Positions 1 to 13,316 of a stretch of 64,000 bases of DNA are shown here, one piece after another. The DNA comes from Raillietiella orientalis (lineage: Eukaryota). The position numbers and the translations under genes are program-made. Below the pieces are notes generated by a model. That model was not told where the DNA came from. It did not search any database and was given only the letters and a program-made list of their open reading frames with translations. The stretch's first letter is position 1; the number at the start of each line of letters is the position of its first letter. The stretch covers positions 3,596,001-3,660,000 of the forward strand of contig JAYWIR010000003.1 in the NCBI GenBank assembly GCA_036172245.1, read 5' to 3'.

Positions 1-609
1 CTGGATGAGACCTGAACCCTCCTGCACGTTGAGTGGCGCGGTGCTCGCTGCCAGGGTGGGGGTCTTCCGACCCGCTCTTCCTGCTCAGTGGGGTGCTTCA
101 GCCATCGGAGAGGGGTCAGATTCCTGCAAAAAGCCGTAGCAGAAAACAAAAAAAAGAAAATGGGATGAATGAGGACATGGGAAGGCAAAAGTATGGGGAC
201 AGGAAGACAAGCAAGAGGAGCTGCAAGATGACCGCCCGTTAAGGGGAAGGCACCGAAGTCATGCGTGAGTGCTGATGGGAACGAGCGATGCGAAGATGGG
301 GTAGAAATGAGGGTGTCCCTGCTAAAGGGAAACGGGAAAGAGGATCGGACGTCAGGGATGAAGAGAAGGGCGTGGTCGAAGTACGCAGGAGGAAGGGAGA
401 TCGAGAGGGAAGGGAATGGGGCAAGGAGGCCGTTGCCACTGTGAAAACAAGGGGAAGAGAGAGGTTCAGCGGTTGGATTCGCTCCTTTCGAGGAGGCGAG
501 GCGACTCCTACAGCTTCCGAGGCGTCATCCCCGACGGCGCAGAGGTCACACAATAGGCGTTGAGCGGAGGCAGAGGCTTTGGCTGAGGAGACGCCGGGGC
601 TCTCCGTGG

Positions 610-2230
610 TGGCTGCTTCTCTTTAGCAGCAGAGACAGCAGGAGACCGAGGCAACTTCCGGAAAACCATCATTCGGTTACCGTTAGCGGACCCCAGCTGT
701 TAATAAGAGCTAATGCCGTCTTCGTGGACTCCTCCAGCAATACTCCTGTTATTACATGACCATCATCGCGCCTCCAGCTATTGTAATTACTTTTATGCGA
801 ATTACTTCTAGGAATTTCATCTCAAGTCATAGTAGCCACCCATAGCAGCAGGACGCTGCAGCAAACGGCAGCAATAATTTACCATTAGCACGCTCCTTGC
901 GCGCTCCTTGATCACCAGCACAAGAGGTTACCGTCGGTAGGACCCGTTGCTATGGGTGCCAGCATCTTCTGCGTTACGTTCCTTCTGCTTAGCACGTGTC
1001 CTCGTCGCCACGAGCACACTCCTCCGCCGTCGCCGTGCGCCACTGCTAGAGGTCGTGCCCGCATCCAAGGACGCCACCATCCCTTCCCACTCGGCTCAGG
1101 AATCTCGCCTCAAAACCAGGAATCGCCGCGCTGGCCCCGAAGGAAGCGAGAGTCCTGCTCGTGCGGCTGCTATCCCGGGACCCCTCCTGCTGAACCGAGG
1201 ACGCGGCGCTGATCTCCGGGGAGGTCGCTTGGCTCATCCTCCAGTGGAGGGAGGGCAGGAAGAGGCAACTGTCTGGTAATTGCCTCTCCCTCGACGGAGT
1301 GGTCCCTGCCCTTTCGTCGTGCGGCAGGGAGCCGACCGGGGTCTTCTTGGTGCAGCTGACCGGGTGGCCCGGGAAGGAGCCACGTGAGGCGCGGCCTCGG
1401 AGGCAGAACGGTCGCAAAAAGGTCGTAGTCTGCCGAAGGTGGTCGGCGACGTCCGAGGGTGGCAGGGGCAGAGGTGCCTCTCGACACGGGAGGAGGCGAC
1501 GACTTCCCCCGGGGGAGGGGGGAGAGGGACGCGCCGGAACGCCATCCGAGAAAGTCGGTAGGGAAGCCCCTGGAAGCTCTCCTGCCCCGTTGGGTTCCAG
1601 GATCCCGTGGAGCGACCAGCGGGCGCCCCCGGCGTGCCTCCATAGCGGACGACTGATCATCCCGGAAACGGTCAAAACGGGAGATGTCTGCCGTGACAAA
1701 TTGCCTCCGTTTTCCACTCACGCCGCCGGTGATGGTTGCTAATGGCTGCAACCGCTGCCGGTAACCCGCAGCGACTGGATGCTGCTGCTGGCCGTGGAAA
1801 TCGATGGCATCGATGCTAACAACCGACGGGTGGCGACCCTGGTGCTGAGACTAGAGACTTTGTCCGCGACCGCGAACGGCAGTACTCGCTTCTGAGAAGG
1901 GTGGCGCCAGTGGCAACGATGGTGGCGCTACTGCTGCATGTGTGCAGCAACAGTAGGTGCAAGCCGGTGTTCAGAGGAGTAGCAACTACTGCTCCCTGTT
2001 GCCATGGGGGCTAACGAAGGTGGAGTGGCAGACAGCTTCTCTGCTAAACGACCATCGCTAATAGAGGTAACCAGGGTGATTACTCTTCATGGATGTCATC
2101 ATGCTGAAGTAGTCACGACGATTTGTCTCTTGTAGCAGGTTGCCTCTAGTAATGATAGCCTTCTCGTCATGGTAGCTACTGGGAGAGTTAAGATGATGGG
2201 TTGCTAACGGATGCGAGCTCCAGCGGCATT
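610..2230. repeat. Cryptic trinucleotide (AGC/AGT/AAT-like) repeat tracts at about 610-1000 and 1730-2230; similar tracts at 5290-5420 and 6380-6540
   Basis: Recurrent agcagc, agtagc, aataat, gctgct and ctactg words with period-3 texture and frequent stops. Confidence 0.5.
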
Positions 2231-2429
2231 TCTGCGGCGTCTCTGCAGACGCTAAAGAACGGGCGGCCGGCCGGTCTTATCTTCCGGAAACCTCCTTGGT
2301 CACCTTTTGCGATGCTTGGCTTCTGCCTGCAGCTTTTGCTTCTCGGGCATGGCATGCGAACGGCGGTGACGAAGATCCGGGCTGCTCCGGTCACGATGCC
2401 ATCCGTTGCTTCCGGCCGTCGCCCCCAGA

Positions 2430-2580
2430 GTTAGCGTCGTATCGGTTCAAGATAGAGGAGACCCCCCATCCAGCACAAATTCGATGGTGCAAGGAAGAGG
2501 GAACAGTCAGGAGAAAGAAAAGGTCACTCTTCGCGCGTGAGCTCTACGGAGAGCTGGTCACTGAAGTTAGCAACGGTCCC
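2430..2580 (+). mobile_element. RTE-clade LINE C-terminal fragment
   Basis: IEETPHPAQIRW...RELYGELVT resembles RTE IExxxxxxQLRW...KxLLYGEL. Confidence 0.35.
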
Positions 2581-5500
2581 CTCCCCCACCTGTCTGTCCT
2601 CTCCTTTCGAGCCGGAGGATGCTCCCTCTCTTCGGAGGAGGGAGGATGGGGGGAGGGGGAAGTGGACCAGAACCCAACGGCAGCAGCCAGAAGCTTCCGT
2701 TTCCACTGCCGCCGCTGCCGCCGCCGCCGTGCTCCGTCCGAGGCGGCCGGAGAGCGAGGGGAGATGGAAAAGGGCTCCTCACAGCTTCCCGGAAAGCAGC
2801 GGCCATCTGTGGGATGCCAGGAGAACTTCCGTATTCCCTCACTTTTCCCGCTTCCTCCTTTCTCGCTGGAGGAGGGAAGAGGAGGAATCGATGGACGGTG
2901 CTCCGAAAACGCCACCTTCCAGAGTGGCTCCGGGACCGGCAGTGCCCTCAGAGAGGGATTTCAGAAAAGCAGAAGGAAGAAGGGGGAAGGAAAGGGAGGA
3001 CGGGAAGTCACCAGGCAAGGCAGGGAGTCTTTCAGGGGAGCTGGAGCCCTCCAGCGAGAAAGTTCTCCTCGATTCTCGACTTCCTCTTACGACTTGTCTC
3101 TCTCTCCCCCTTCCTCATTCTTTCCCCAAACTCTTCGCTCCGGGCACTCGCGCGTTCCTTGGCAACGCTTCCTGGGATCTATCTTTGCGCGGCTAAAATC
3201 GGAGGAGCCACTGCGTCGCTGGCGTCATCTCGGGAAAAACCGTCGCGAAGGCGGTAGGCTCCCTCAGTAGCTCCGTTATTTTCGTGTCGCTTCTGGGAAG
3301 GGCAGGAGGCCCCGGTGCGGTGTAGGCGAGGGTCTCCCAGCGTCGCGCTCCCGGGCCCTTTCCGGGACAGTCGGCAGAGCGCCTGTTGCCTGCGCCGTCT
3401 GGGATCCCCAAGGAAGGCCGGCGAAGCCTCGCTGGACGGCCCTGCGGCTCCGCACGGAGGTGGTGCCTCACTTCCGCCAGCGTGGGGCTTCCAGCGCCAT
3501 GTGTTCCGCGATGGGAAGGACGGGGGCCGACCGACGATGTAGCATCAAGGTGTCCCACGACGAATATCGCCTCGGCCTCGCTCGAAATGCCCCCTTTTCC
3601 CCCTCCCCCCTTCATGGGCTGTCGAGTGCGGTGAAGTTCGCAGCTGCCTGCCGCGGGCCGGATGCCTGGTCCGTCGTCGCGGCCCACGTGCGTGGGCACA
3701 GTGACCTCAGGCGCGCTTCTGTAGCTCGGTAGGGAACGCAGAGCCGCGGCACGTGTCGCGCTCCTTGGCTCGCTCGTTCCGCGCGCATATCTCTCGAAAC
3801 GTGCGCGAGCGCAACTGGCGCTTTCGCCCTCGGCGCGCGTAGGTTCCGGACGGAGCACGCGGGTGGAAACGAAAGCGGACGATGGCCTCGCTCGAAAACG
3901 AAAGCCTCGCGGGGAGCGGGCTGCACCCACCGCACTCAGGTGCGATGTCGAAGGTCATCTGGGACCTGCCGGACGACCATTCGCGCTTCTCCTGTGGTTT
4001 GCCCCTTTAAGTTCCGACCGATCCGCGGTCCGTCCGCAGCGTCTCCGGGACACGCCCAGGGACGGGACCTCCAGCCAAGCGCGGAGCGAAGCCGTCCGAC
4101 CCCTCGTGAGTTGCCACAGAGTCCTCAGAGATACCTAAGGTCCACCCTGACAACTACGAAGGCAGTTCTCGATCCGAGGTCCGCACTCCCGTCGGGAGCC
4201 TCAGAGACTCCTGGAGGAAGCCCCCGACTCCCCTGGGATTCATTCGTGGGGAGAGAGAGGTTGGCGCTGGACGGGTCTGCAGGAAGCCGGCGGCTCTTCC
4301 GTCCAAGGCCGAAGGGGTTCTCGGTCTGTTGATACCCTACTCCCGTCTCAGTCTGCGGGAAAGCGCCGTCTCCGAGTCCTGACCCTGTAGCGATTCCGAA
4401 GTGCTGCTCCCAGTCTTCCCGGGAGACGTGTCGCGAAGCGCTCTCTCTTCCAGGAGAGGCCGGTGGGCCACCGAATCGTCTGCCTCCCTCCTCCCACTCC
4501 GCGGGATGTCACTCTTGCTGGTCGCACCCTCGATTCAGGGGCGCGCTCCGGTTCCTCTGAGGATGCTGGGGGCCAGGCTTCTGCCCTTTCTCCCTCCCCG
4601 AGCACCGAAGCTGGTCGGAGCTCGTCTCAGGCTCGCCGTTTCCGGGGCGACTTCCTTCGCACATCTCTGTGCTCTGCCGTGGAGTGTTCCTCCATGGCAA
4701 CGCCTCCTCCTCCTCCTCCCTCGTGACCTTCCGGGGAAGGGGGGCGTGACCTTACGGGGATAGGGAAGCGTTGCACCACAGGGTCGTGCGAGCAGTGCAG
4801 CGCCCGCGAACGACCGCGTGGCAGGGGCGGAAAGATAGCACAGCTGCTGCTGCTGCAGCTTCCCGACTTGCCGCGAGTTACGCCGCTGCGGAGCGCGCGC
4901 GCGCGACGACGCATCGTTACGTTGCAAGCCGCATGCCCATCCCTGCTCGTCCCACCGGGGAGCGCACCGAAAAGGACGTTTTCTGGTTGCTAGGCAGCGT
5001 GAGGCGGCTCAGCGCTCGACCGAGAGCACCCACAGGAACTCTTCCGGAGATGGCTGGAGGAGGAGGGGAGGGCGAACGGCAAGAGGAAGGAGAGGGGGAA
5101 GGGAGGAGACCAAGGAAAACGCTGGCGGCTCTCGCACTCACGCTGCAATCGGCAGTCGGGTTCTGAAGACTCAGCCGCCACCGCATAGGAAGGGTGCAAA
5201 GCCCTCTTGAGGGCGTTGCGTTGCGCTCAAACTGAGGGAAGAGCCAAGGGCACGGCACGAGACCTTTGATGCAGCCCAAATGCCAAGAAAAGGAACTGCT
5301 CTTGCTGTTTGCTGCTACTGCTGCTGCCCGCGCTTTAGTGTTGCCACCTTCTCCTCCTCTTTCCTGTTGTTGTTCAGAGCAACATTGGTTGTTGCTAATG
5401 CTTTTCTTGCTCCTTCTGCGGCTGCCTCCTCTTCTTCCGTGGGTGTCTCTGCCGTCCTGGCCGGCGTGCTGCGGCAACAGTTTTCCCGGCTGCCCTTTCC

Positions 5501-8130
5501 TCTTCCGCATGTAGCGGGTTTCCCGACTCCGGGACGAACCTGCAGACGCCGGACGTTGAGGCTCGCCGCGGCGCTCTCGGCCGAACGGGTCGGCAAGCCG
5601 CCAACCGTCAGCGTGGGAACCAGCTGACTCATCTTCCGCCGGATCAGCACGGTCGCCGTTCATCCCGCCCTCTTTCGGACCTGCTCCGAGGCGTCCTACC
5701 AGTGAGACGTCGAGCTGAAGCCCCGGTTCCTTCCAGTTTTACCCGGAGCGCGAATGGAGGGCACACCCATCGGCCCCTCTCGTCCCGCTGGCCTTCCTTT
5801 CGATGGAGGGACGGGGTGGGGATGGACAAAAGGGCACGCTCTTGTCTCGAGCACGAGGTCTTCCGGTCACCTCCAACCTTAGCCCTCCTCAAGCAAGCCG
5901 CCGCTTCCTTTGCGGCGGCCCATTTTTGTTCTTCCAGTCACTTTCGAAGCGGTGCCCTCCGGCCCAGCGAGGAGAAGGGGTGCCACGCTCGCTGAGACCC
6001 CCTTCCTAGCCTCCCCTTCACCTTCCTTTGCAGCCTCCGCTTTTCTGGACGCTTGACCTCTGTGGCGGCGTTCGCACCGTCTCCGGGGCACCCAAGCTTC
6101 CTCCACGCCGATTTACGACTGGTCCGTTACTCGCCTTCCGGCGCAGGTTCCCGCTCCCCAGATGCCGGGCTACCGACTCCCTCCCGCACGCTCTCCCTTT
6201 GCGTTTGTAGGGATCGCATTTCAGGTCTCGAATCGCCTACTCGACCACCCGCTCGTGGGCGCGAGCACACGCGCCCGAGCACGACATGCGATCGAATCCT
6301 CCTGCAGAGCGACTCGCCTGCTTTGAGCCGTGGGGAAACACAGTGGGCTGCAAACAAGAATCTTTCAAAGAACTCGTTGTTTTTGTCGCTGCTGCTTAAG
6401 CTGATGCCATTTCTCCTTTGTCGGTGTTGCTGCTGCTGCTGTCGCTGAGATTCTCGTTGCTACTTCCTCAGCTGTGGCGTCATTGGTTCCGCTGCTGTTT
6501 TCCTTACTGCTGTCCCTGCCGCTGCATCTACTGCTTTCCGAAATTTCTGTCCCTGGTGCGAAGCTCTTCAGACATCCGCGAACAAATCTTTTGCTGTGGC
6601 GTTCTTCGTGGCCGTCGCGTCCAGGGCGATGTTCACTTTCCACTCTTTTCGCGTTTGACGTTGGTTTCTTAGCGAATGGAGAAATTGGGACCGGCGGAGG
6701 AGGGAGAGGAGGAAAGAAGCGAGGGGTGAGGAAGGACATTTCGTTGGTTGCTGCTGCCACTGGCTTGTAATCTTCTGTTCCTCTCCTTGCTCAAGGAGTG
6801 GTCCCTACGGACGAAAGAACAGAACAGTCCTCCCGGAAGAGAGGGGTAGGTGGGCGGGAGTGACGTCCCTTTTTGGGGCGTTGTGAAGGTTGAAAATGCA
6901 TGGTCCTGAATTGAGGCGGAAAGATTAGAAAGGTGTGCCACGGGCGAGTCCACGGAACTTTTTGCACGTGCGCGCGCGGGAGCTCGAGGAGACCGCAGAC
7001 GCTTCTCTCTCGTGTTCCTCGTCTGGTAGCCGAGAGACGCAGGTCCAGGGATACAGGACGGAGAAAGAAGGGTGAGCGTGTAGAAGGGAGAGAAAGGGAG
7101 AGAGGGTGGGGCAGTTGGATTACGAGGTCATCGGAGCGTGTAAGCAGCGAGGGAGCAGCTCCTTGCGTGGATCGTGAGATCGAGGCGAAGCGGCTTCCGA
7201 GCGCAGGGATGCTCTCGCGGGACGAGGTCGCACAGCGACACTGACCCTCGTGCCCGCAGGCAGTGGTCTTCTCACCTCCTGCTCCGCAGATCTCCGGATG
7301 GAAGGTCGGTCCTCCCTCCTTGCCCCCCCTCCTCTCGCACTCCTCTCAAAATGGCAGTTCTTCTGCAGGAATAAGGACGTTGTTCCCTGGCTGCAGTTTT
7401 TCCTGAGGAGCCGAGGACTTGCCAGGCGCGCCAGAGGGAGACCTCAGCCTTCGTGGCGGCGACCGGCACAGGTCCTCACCAGCAGCGCCGGTTCTTTGCC
7501 TCCTTTTCTTCCCGCCTTTCCTCCCCTTCCGTTCTCCTGGTGCGTCCGGAAGCGGCATCTTCCCGTGGAAGGGCCCGAGCTGTGCTCTTCCTGAGACTGC
7601 CTCAACTCTCTCCTTGCCAGCGCCAACAGGGGCTCTTGGAGGAGGCCGCTGTTGGCTCTCGGTCCTCCAGACCCACTTCCGGGTTCGCCACATCCGCTCC
7701 TGTGGTGCCTTAGCCTCTGGGACTGGACCTCACCCTGGTTTTACGACAGGTCGTTCCTGGGGCAGCGAGCTCTTCTGCGCCCTCCCGAACGCAGCGAGCG
7801 TGGGAGGCAGCAAATCCAAGGGAGTCTCTAGGAGCCTTGTATGGAAGAATCATCTGGGAGCGCGAAAAAAAAAAAAAAACATGGGCCGAAAGGTGGGAGA
7901 AGGAAATGCGGAGCCGTGGGTAGTGCGGCGACGCGTCATCTCTTAGATGTTCCTTTTCTTCACCGGGTGGTTCTCCAAATGAGGAAGGGGTAGAGGAGGA
8001 GAAAAGGAGGAGGAGGAGGTAAGCGGAAGTCGTGTGCCACTGTCGGTGACGACCACCGGAAAAATGCCGGAGGAGGAAGGATGATGGGCAGGGGGGGCAC
8101 GAATGACACCTCGAGGCTTCCCGTGAAGGC

Positions 8131-8450
8131 CAGGTCCTACAGCTGCAACCGAGAAGGGGGTGGGTGGGATGGTAGGGGGAGTAATCGGAGATCGCGGACG
8201 CAGGCTCAAGACACTGAGGCTACCCTAGGTCCTGGAAAGCCGGAAAGGCCCCCGGACCCACCCGCCTCCCGCGTGCGCTTCCAAGTCCCGTTCGCCTTCG
8301 CACTCTGCACCATCGGTTTCGACTCGCAGCCGGGAGAAAAGAAGAGGAGCAGCTCGGGCCAAGGTCTTCTCTGGCCCTCGGCTGCACCCGCGGGGCTGTG
8401 CTCTCTTCCGTGTCCGCCCACCCCCAACTCGGTTGCAACTGTAGGACCGG
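8131..8450. mobile_element. Putative MITE with about 36-bp terminal inverted repeats
   Basis: 8133-8168 GGTCCTACAGCTGCAACCGAGAAGGGGGTGGGTGGG versus reverse complement of 8413-8448 GGTCCTACAGTTGCAACCGAGTTGGGGGTGGGCGGA: 31/36 identical. The right flank is TA. Confidence 0.5.
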
Positions 8451-11400
8451 TACGGTTCCTTTACCGGTTGCCCCCCTTGGCGCAAGGTGGGTGGGAAAGG
8501 AAGCGGGAGGGGGCAGAGTGCTCTGGAGAGCTCCTCTTTCCTCCCCAGGGCGACGGTGCGGCCCTCGGCCTCCTCCCGCCTCCGAGACCGTTTCCAACAG
8601 AGTGAGCAGCGGGGTCCCGTCGCTGGGGTAGGACGAGTCGGGGTCTGCTTCCATTCTTCCCTAAACCACCCACCAACCAGGGGTGGAAGGAAGAGCGCCC
8701 GGGACACTCCATCCGAGGCACCCCTGTCGATGCAACCAACCCGTTCCCCTAGAGGATCCGGGGGCCTCTCTAGGGGAGGACTCAGAGAGTCCCGAGGGGT
8801 GGAGGGCGGGGAGGGAGGGATCGTCCAGGAGTCCCGGAAACCAAGGAGGGCGGCCAAGTACGAGGGACAGACGCAGTACAGTGACACTGGGCTCTCCTCA
8901 AGGGGTCACGACCTTCCGTCCGGGTGATAGGGGCCAAGGAAGGAGGCGGAGCGGGAGGAGGCCCCTCTGAGTGTCGAGAGGGACTGCATCGGAGGAGCGG
9001 GGAAACCACCCTTCCTTCCGGCCCGGGAAGCGGGATGACCTAGCTTCCTCCCCTCTTGGGTTGGCCGCGTCAGACCGGACTTCCGGTCCGCCGGGAATGA
9101 CGCAGAGTCGGAGATCCCCCTCGGGCCCGCGGGAATGCGGCGGGCAGGCGGGTCCGGAGAGGAGGCATAGCGAGGAGGGCGGAGGTTCCGAGTGTCACGA
9201 GGTCGAGGGGCATGGCAGAGCACCGGGGGTGCCCTCGTGCTATCAGAGAGGGACCGTCCAAGACCTCCCGGCACCCCGCGCTTTTCGGTCTGGAAGGATC
9301 AGTCTGACCTCGGGACAGGGAGAGGGTCATGTGAGGCGGAGTTGACTCTCAAGGAAGGGACCTGATTGCTCCGAGCGTCCAATGCTCAACCGGATGTCGA
9401 AACCCTCCCTCATCCAGCATCCCTGACCGGTTGCCTCTCTCGGGAACCCCTTTGGAGGAGGAGCGAAGGACGCGGCCCGCAGTCTTCGCTCCGCAAGGCC
9501 GCAGACGGCCGCCTTGCTTTCGGGGGCTTCTAGAGCCATACCTTTCTCCCACCCGGGTCATCAGGAGCGGCGGATCACGTGATCCCATCCAGGGTACGCG
9601 TCGTCGTGTTCTGGCGCTCGCGAACGGTGGTGAGGGCAGTGACGGTGAAGGACCATGGGCTCCCCCCCTCCGATCCATCCTGTCCGGAGGAGGGTCTCCC
9701 ACGGCGAGGAGGGAAGGAGGCAGGTGCCGGTTCTGCCCTCAGGGACCGCGAGCGAGTCGACACCCTGCAATTAGGAGGCGTCTCCAACGAGGCTCGCACG
9801 CCGAGATCTCAGAGGGGGAGGACTGTCGAGATGGGCGTGACCCCGGGACCGTTTGCTGACCGCAGGGCGAGAAAAAAAGAAAAGGGGAGGACGGAAGAAA
9901 AAGGAAAAACAACGGCAACAGGAAAAAAAAGCCCTAAGGTGACGGCGGGCCGCGTCCTCCTCGAAATCGCCGGCTGCGAGGGCAGACGCCCACACCCTCA
10001 TCCCCTGGGGCGGGAGGAAGGGATCAGTGGGGTTCCGCCCTGCACGGCTCTGACCTTCGCCCGCCCCCCGGCCTCCCTTCGCGGAGCCGAGAGGCCAGCG
10101 AGCGCCCAAGCTGTTCCGCGCGTCTTTCTGCCAGGTCGGCTCCGAGCGGCTGCTGCTGCTGCAGGAGAGGGACGGGGAGGGGACCTACTGCACTCTTGCT
10201 GGGTTGCCACAGCAAACTCTCCTCGTGGAGGCGAGGCGGTCCCTCATGGTGACGGAATTTTCCCGGGAGGGAAGGCCGAATCCTCTCCACGGGGAGGGGC
10301 AGTACCCGCTGGGACCGTCTCCTCGGGGTTACAGCCTCCTTGCATCCATCGCCATGGCTACCGGACACGGACGGGGATGGGACAAGCGAACGCCTCTTAC
10401 TCGAGGCCTCGCTCCTCGGACATCCACCGGCCTGGGGATCCCGGACCGCGCACCCCTGTCCGGGAAGGGACCGCCCCTGTAGCGGAGGGCGTCCGCGAGA
10501 GGGACCGGTGGCACCGGGATTCCTCCTTCTCAGTTCTTCCCTTCGCTGATCCGCTCCTCCCTCTCCCACGAGGTTTCCGAACCGCTCGCAAGCGGGGAAG
10601 GAGCCGCCGAGGGTGGCTGACGACATCTCACGTCTTCGTTCAGGGAGGCATGCTGTGCAAGGAGCGGCCACACCCTTGCGCGGAGATTGCGCGGGTCAGC
10701 GCGCGTTCCGCCCTCCGGGCGTCGACCTCGAAGATCCCGCCGCAGGAGAGGGGGGGGGGGAGATGACGGTCTTTCGCCTAGGAGAGAGCGCGCCCCTGGC
10801 GGTTCCTGCCGGAAAAGTTGGGCGGCGCCGGACGGCGGAAGGGAAATGGAGCGCGCAGGACCCTTGGCCTGCTCCTCCCAAGCTGCGTATGCGTGCGCGG
10901 AGTCGCTGAAGTCCCGTTGACGCGCTCCAGCGGGGATCCTCCGCACGAGCGCGCGCTTTCCGCGTGTCGGGTACGCGGACCAGTACGAAACGCCCGCGCG
11001 GTGATTTGCTAGCTCCTCGTGTGAGCCCGCGGCGCTTCCGAAACGTGGAGTCAGGAGCGGTCCGAGGCGTTTCGTGGACCTCGGCAGAAGGTCCGGGGCC
11101 TCGTCCGGGAGGTGGGCGGGACGGGGAGTCAGGAGCGAGGGAGTAGGGGACGGGGGCGGCAAGGTCCCATCCAGACAGAACTTTCTTCTCCGTGCCGGCA
11201 TCGGTCTTCGCTCCCTTCTTTTCAGAGAGCCGCCGCTCCTACCGCTGTTCCGAGAATGTTCGCGAGGTGTCATCTACGAGACGTTCGGGAAAGCTCCAGC
11301 CTGCGACGCGCCTAGAGAGGCGCTTCGTTCGCTGCTTCAGCGTTGGTCTTCCCGCGGTGCGTAAAGGGGGTTCGCGCGCTGGTCACAGGAAGCCGAGACG

Positions 11401-13316
11401 AGTCTGGCGGCTTCTTTCGGCTCAGCCATTTCGCTTTTCGGTCTGAATTTTGAGCGTCTTTCAGACTTTGCCTTCAGTGTTGGAGAGGCCCTCCTCCTCA
11501 ATGGCATCCGGATGGCGACGTCGACTTCCCAACTCTGTAAGTCTGGAAGACGCGCAGCCTGCCGAGTGCATCTCCCGGTGTCCGATGTGCCAGCAGGAAG
11601 GAAGCAGGGGGAAGGGAGGGGGAGGATTCACTGGTGCCCCAGGATCGGGGTCCTAATTCGCATATCTGTGTGACCTCTTCTCGGTAGCGTCCGTCACGGA
11701 GGACGCTTTCAAGACTGCAGACGAGACTGAAGGTCGGTACGCCGGGATGAAGGGCAGGAGGCCCGGAAATCCAGGTCTCCTTCGCGAGGTCTCAGATTCC
11801 TCTTCGAGGTCGTCTCCTGGAGGAAAGAACGCGCAATAAGACCTGCGAGGTCACGCCGTGGGCACGGCCGCTCCTTGCATGGGATGCCGCCCGCAACGGA
11901 TCTGCCCTTTTTCAACTCGGACGACTCCTGCAGGCAGTGGAAGCGCTTCCTGCAGGTCTTCGGCACCAGCGAGCCCGAACCAGACACGCACTGCCGCCGG
12001 CGAGGTGTCTCTTGGTCTCCTGCCAACTCGGCCGAGAATCGACTCGGCGAACTGAGGACTCTCATGAAGGGACCGGGTGGAGGTCAGCTTTGCCTTCAGC
12101 CTCCGGGAGCCACGAGTCGAGCCGATGCCATTCCGTTCTCAGCTTTGAAGAGGGCGTTGGGGGAGCCGGCACTGTGGGAGGCTCCTGGCGACCAGGGAGA
12201 GAAGCTGCCGGGATGACTGAGCTGGCGGAGGAGCCGTCATTTCTCTCCCTTGGCCGGTGAGGACCTGACCAAGCGACCGGACGGAAGACGAGATGGGAGG
12301 CAGAAAAGGAGGTGGGGACGCCCGCGAACGGGAAGCGGAGTCGGCTCTCGACCTTCATGTCCACCTCGACACCTGCCCTGATCCAGCATACCCAACCGGT
12401 TGCTGCCGACGCGGAATTGCGGAGTCTGGAACCGTCAGGTCTTGGTTGTGTCAAAAACACACGCAAAAAAAGACAGAGGGAGAAACAAAAGATGCTTCCT
12501 GTCTGGAGGATGTGCCATGGAAACGGGACTTTCTCACGTCTTCTTCCTGCGTTCCTGGAGGTCATCTGTCTCCCAAAGCGACTGCAGGTTTTCCAGGCGT
12601 CTCCACGAGCTGCTCCTCCTTGTTCTCCGCCGAGATCGGATTAGCCACCATGCCCGAAGGTCACGCGGTCCGACCCGTCGGGTTTCTCCAGGTTCCCCCA
12701 ACTCGCTGGAATCGTCCCCCCCCTCTTCCCCTTCCCCACGAGGCGCTCGCGCGTCTCGCCCAAGTCGGTCATCTCCTCGCCGGAAGACCGGCAGAATGCG
12801 AGTCGTTCAGGCGCTGTTTCCCGCCGTCGTCTGGTCATCCGGGGATGGACCCCCGAAGAGTTCCCGGCGCCCTTCCGTTCGGGTCTTGGCGGCTTCCCCG
12901 GTCGAACGGTCCATCTTCCTGCTCTGCTGGAGTCGTTCGGTTGGTGGTCGCTTTCCGGTGTCCGCCTCCTCTGCCGACCCTGGAGATGGAAAGCACTCTT
13001 TCATCCACGCTCCCACGCACTTATTCTGTGCAGAAGGGGGGAGGTATATGGCTTTTCGTTAACGTCTCCCTGCACGTGCTTCCTTGAAGGAGCCGATCCT
13101 CCTCTATGCCCTGGGTGCCTATTGACCAACACGAACGCCGAGCCCTGCTTAGACCTCCGACGTGCGTGCGAGCGAATTTCGCCCCTCCCGTTGTCTTCGG
13201 CGGCTCGAGACGACCATCGATGCTGGAGGAGGCTTCGCAGCGCGCGCGTCAGCAGTCGAAAGCCACGGCAGCTTCGCCACCACCGCCGTCCGCGGCTCTT
13301 CCGGATGTGTCACCCG

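Noticed and set aside
7250..7430. L1/Tx1-like ALLSKW fragment; similarly weak RT-like words at 11.7-12.1 kb, 19.75-19.9 kb (CPLSG, FPDDL) and 42.8 kb
   Set aside because: These are single short motifs with too little colinear support to list as features.
9579..10766. 395-aa ORF, and other long ORFs such as 2296-3270, 29569-30603, 38308-39420 and 59124-60431
   Set aside because: They have R/G/P/S-rich composition, no domain pattern, and overlapping ORFs of similar length in several frames, as expected by chance in stop-poor GC-rich DNA.
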